Below are positions 37,163-39,245 of a stretch of DNA of 39,245 bases, in pieces (the stretch's first letter is position 1; each line of letters starts with the position of its first letter). Below the pieces are notes generated by a model. That model did no database searches. It saw only the letters and a list, made by a program, of their open reading frames with translations, and was not told where the DNA came from. Both the position numbers and the translations under genes were made by a program. Source of the stretch: Limisphaerales bacterium (GTDB lineage: Bacteria; Verrucomicrobiota; Verrucomicrobiia; Limisphaerales; SIBE01); the NCBI GenBank assembly GCA_044225505.1, contig JBGAIN010000073.1, forward strand, positions 1-39,245. Reading direction: 5' to 3'.

Positions 37163-37648
37163 CGGCGATGAAATCATGGGCATTTGTTGAGTTGGAAGCA
37201 ATTCGAACGCCAAACCGACCTTAACAACCGTCGCTGGAGGAAGAGATGTTCGAGATCTGAGCTTGCCGGTTCCCACTGCATTCACCGCCATTTTGTCAAG
37301 GATCGGTCAAGGCCTTTCATTCAAGGAAGCTTGCGTCGATCTCAGGCAAACAGAGACGTCGCTCACGAGCGATCCCAAAAGCCTTTGGATGCATGGAGCT
37401 ACTGTCGCTATGTCTCAGAATTGACTAATCATGTCCTCTTATTGGATAGTTCTGCTTGAAACGAATCACTAATTATTCTGCGTATTCGCTTACAGCGTTG
37501 AAGTCGGGAGTTGTAATACGGGAATGCATTCGAGCGATTCTAGCGGCTGTTGTTGTTGCCTCGTTGGCCGCACGGCGAGGACCTGCCTATCCACGTCAGC
37601 CGATTTAGAGTCGGTCTTCTCCTTTCGCAAGCCCATGGGTTTCATCCA

Positions 37649-39245
37649 ATGAAGAATCTTCTATCGGTCATTTTTCTGGTAATCTGTGCGATCATCAGTC
37701 CACGCGCGGAGAATCGTTCACCATTCATTTGAACGACACGATCTCTGATGGCGTGCTCGGCCGGCGCCGGGAACATCGGCGCGGCCGGCGAGATCGATAG
37801 CTACACGTTCGACGCGACCGCCGGGCAGGTCATTTATCTCCAAGCGCTCGCCACATCGCCACTTCTTTACTGGGATCTGGCGAATCCAAACGGCGGCGTG
37901 ATCGCGTCTTTCTGGACGGACTATAGTTCCGGACGGTTAGTCTTGTCAGAGACTGGCAGTTTTCGCATTCGGGTGTTTTCGACAAACGGCGAGACCGTGG
38001 GTGCTTACGGATTCAAACTGTGGACCGTCCAAGACGATGTATTTGCGATAGCACCAGGACAGATCGTATCGGAGGACAATCCTGGATCTGGTGCGGGAAA
38101 CATCGAACAACCGGGCCAGTGGGATATTTACACATTTATGGGGACCGTCGGCCAACTCGTTTACTTCGATGCTAATTCGACGTCTCCAGGCCTTTATTGG
38201 GACGTCGCTGATCCTGACGGAAATCAGATTACATCTTCTTGGTTAAGCAACGATCTAGGGCGATTCCGCCTGAATCGGACGGGTCCCTATCGAATAAGAG
38301 TTTACGCGGTCCACGGCGACGAAGTCGGACCGTATAGCTTCAGTGTGGCGAGAGTCCAAGAAGATCTGTTTGCCATTTCTCTTGGTCAAGTTGTCTCGCC
38401 TAACGTTCCGGGTCCGGGAGCAGGAAACATTGAACAGCCAGGAGCGTGGGATATTTACACGTTTGAAGGAACCGCAGGGCAGGTTGTCTATTTGGATTCC
38501 CTGGAAATTCCTGCTGCTTACCAGTTATATTGGGATTTGACGAGTCCGATGGGAACTCAGCTTTCGTCTTACTGGCTCGATGCGGACCTCGGACGGTTCT
38601 TGTTGACCGAAACTGGCACGTATCAGATACGAGTCTATGGAAACGCGGCGAATGCGGCGGGCACCTATCGCTTTAAACTCTGGGAGAGCGAAGATAACCG
38701 AATTCCAATTACCTACGGCCAGACCGTTTCACCCGATGTTCCGAGTGCCGGGGCCGGGAATATCGAACGACCGGGAGCCTGGGATCTTTACACGTTTGAA
38801 GGAACTGCAGGGCAGGTAATCTACCTGGACTCGCTGGAGGTATCTTCCACTTACGAACTGCGTTGGGATTTGACGAGTCCATTAGGAACTCGACTTTACG
38901 ATCAGTGGATGAACGACGATCTCGGGCGGTTCCTATTGACCGAAACTGGCACCTATCAGATACGGGTCTACGGAAATGCCGCGAACGCGACAGGCACCTA
39001 TCGCTTCAAGCTTTGGGAGAGTGAAGACAACCGATTTCCGATTTCCTACGGCCAGACCGTCTCACCCGATGTTCCGAGTCTCGGCGCTGGGAAGATCGAA
39101 CAACCGGGAGCGTGGGACCTTTACACGTTTGAAGGAACTGCAGGGCAGGTGATCTATCTGGACTCGCTGGAAGTCTCATCAAGTTACGAACTGCGTTGGG
39201 ATTTGACCAGTCCGTTGGGGACTCGACTTAACGATCAGTGGATGA
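37649..39245 (+). CDS. Large secreted protein with tandem PPC-like domains (5' frameshifts; runs off the window)
   Basis: Only its signal-peptide part is in the ORF track. Signal peptide MKNLLSVIFLVICA; open frame from ~37748 to the end with 5 repeats GAGNIE.PG.WD.YTFEG.AGQV.Y...W....P.G......W...LGR..L.ETG.Y.IRV. YTF codons at 37802, 38129, 38456, 38789, 39122 (spacing 327/327/333/333 bp). Confidence 0.88.

Noticed and set aside
1..39245. Integron integrase, transposase, CRISPR array, tRNA or rRNA
   Set aside because: No tyrosine-recombinase or DDE motifs recognised, no equal-length repeat-spacer array, and no RNA gene signatures seen by eye.

Overview
GC-rich bacterial DNA, most likely Verrucomicrobiota. 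This is inferred from the gene families: TIGR02999-type ECF sigma factor with Ser/Thr kinase, DUF1559/H-X9-DG prepilin-like protein, PEP-CTERM proteins, PQQ-like propeller and an ADOP permease. One 42-N scaffold gap is present. The left half (~4.3-16.3 kb) is a decaying integron-type cassette array: about 10 co-oriented attC sites or remnants on the + strand, with no integrase in the window (CALIN-like). It carries TrmH, DUF1428, GNAT, YwqK-like, prepilin-like and TA cassettes plus many gene scraps. The right half holds signalling genes (two ECF sigma factors, a kinase fused to a polytopic membrane domain, an atypical receiver) and a small-protein/nucleotidyltransferase pair. It also holds secreted proteins (LamG/Ig, two alkaline-phosphatase-family enzymes, propellers, two PEP-CTERM proteins, a PPC-like repeat protein). 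Three of the secreted proteins share a C-terminal domain. REP-like palindromes and 7/8-mer tandem repeats occur in intergenic gaps. Several genes are frameshifted or internally deleted, from decay and/or sequence error. No rRNA, tRNA or CRISPR array was recognised.
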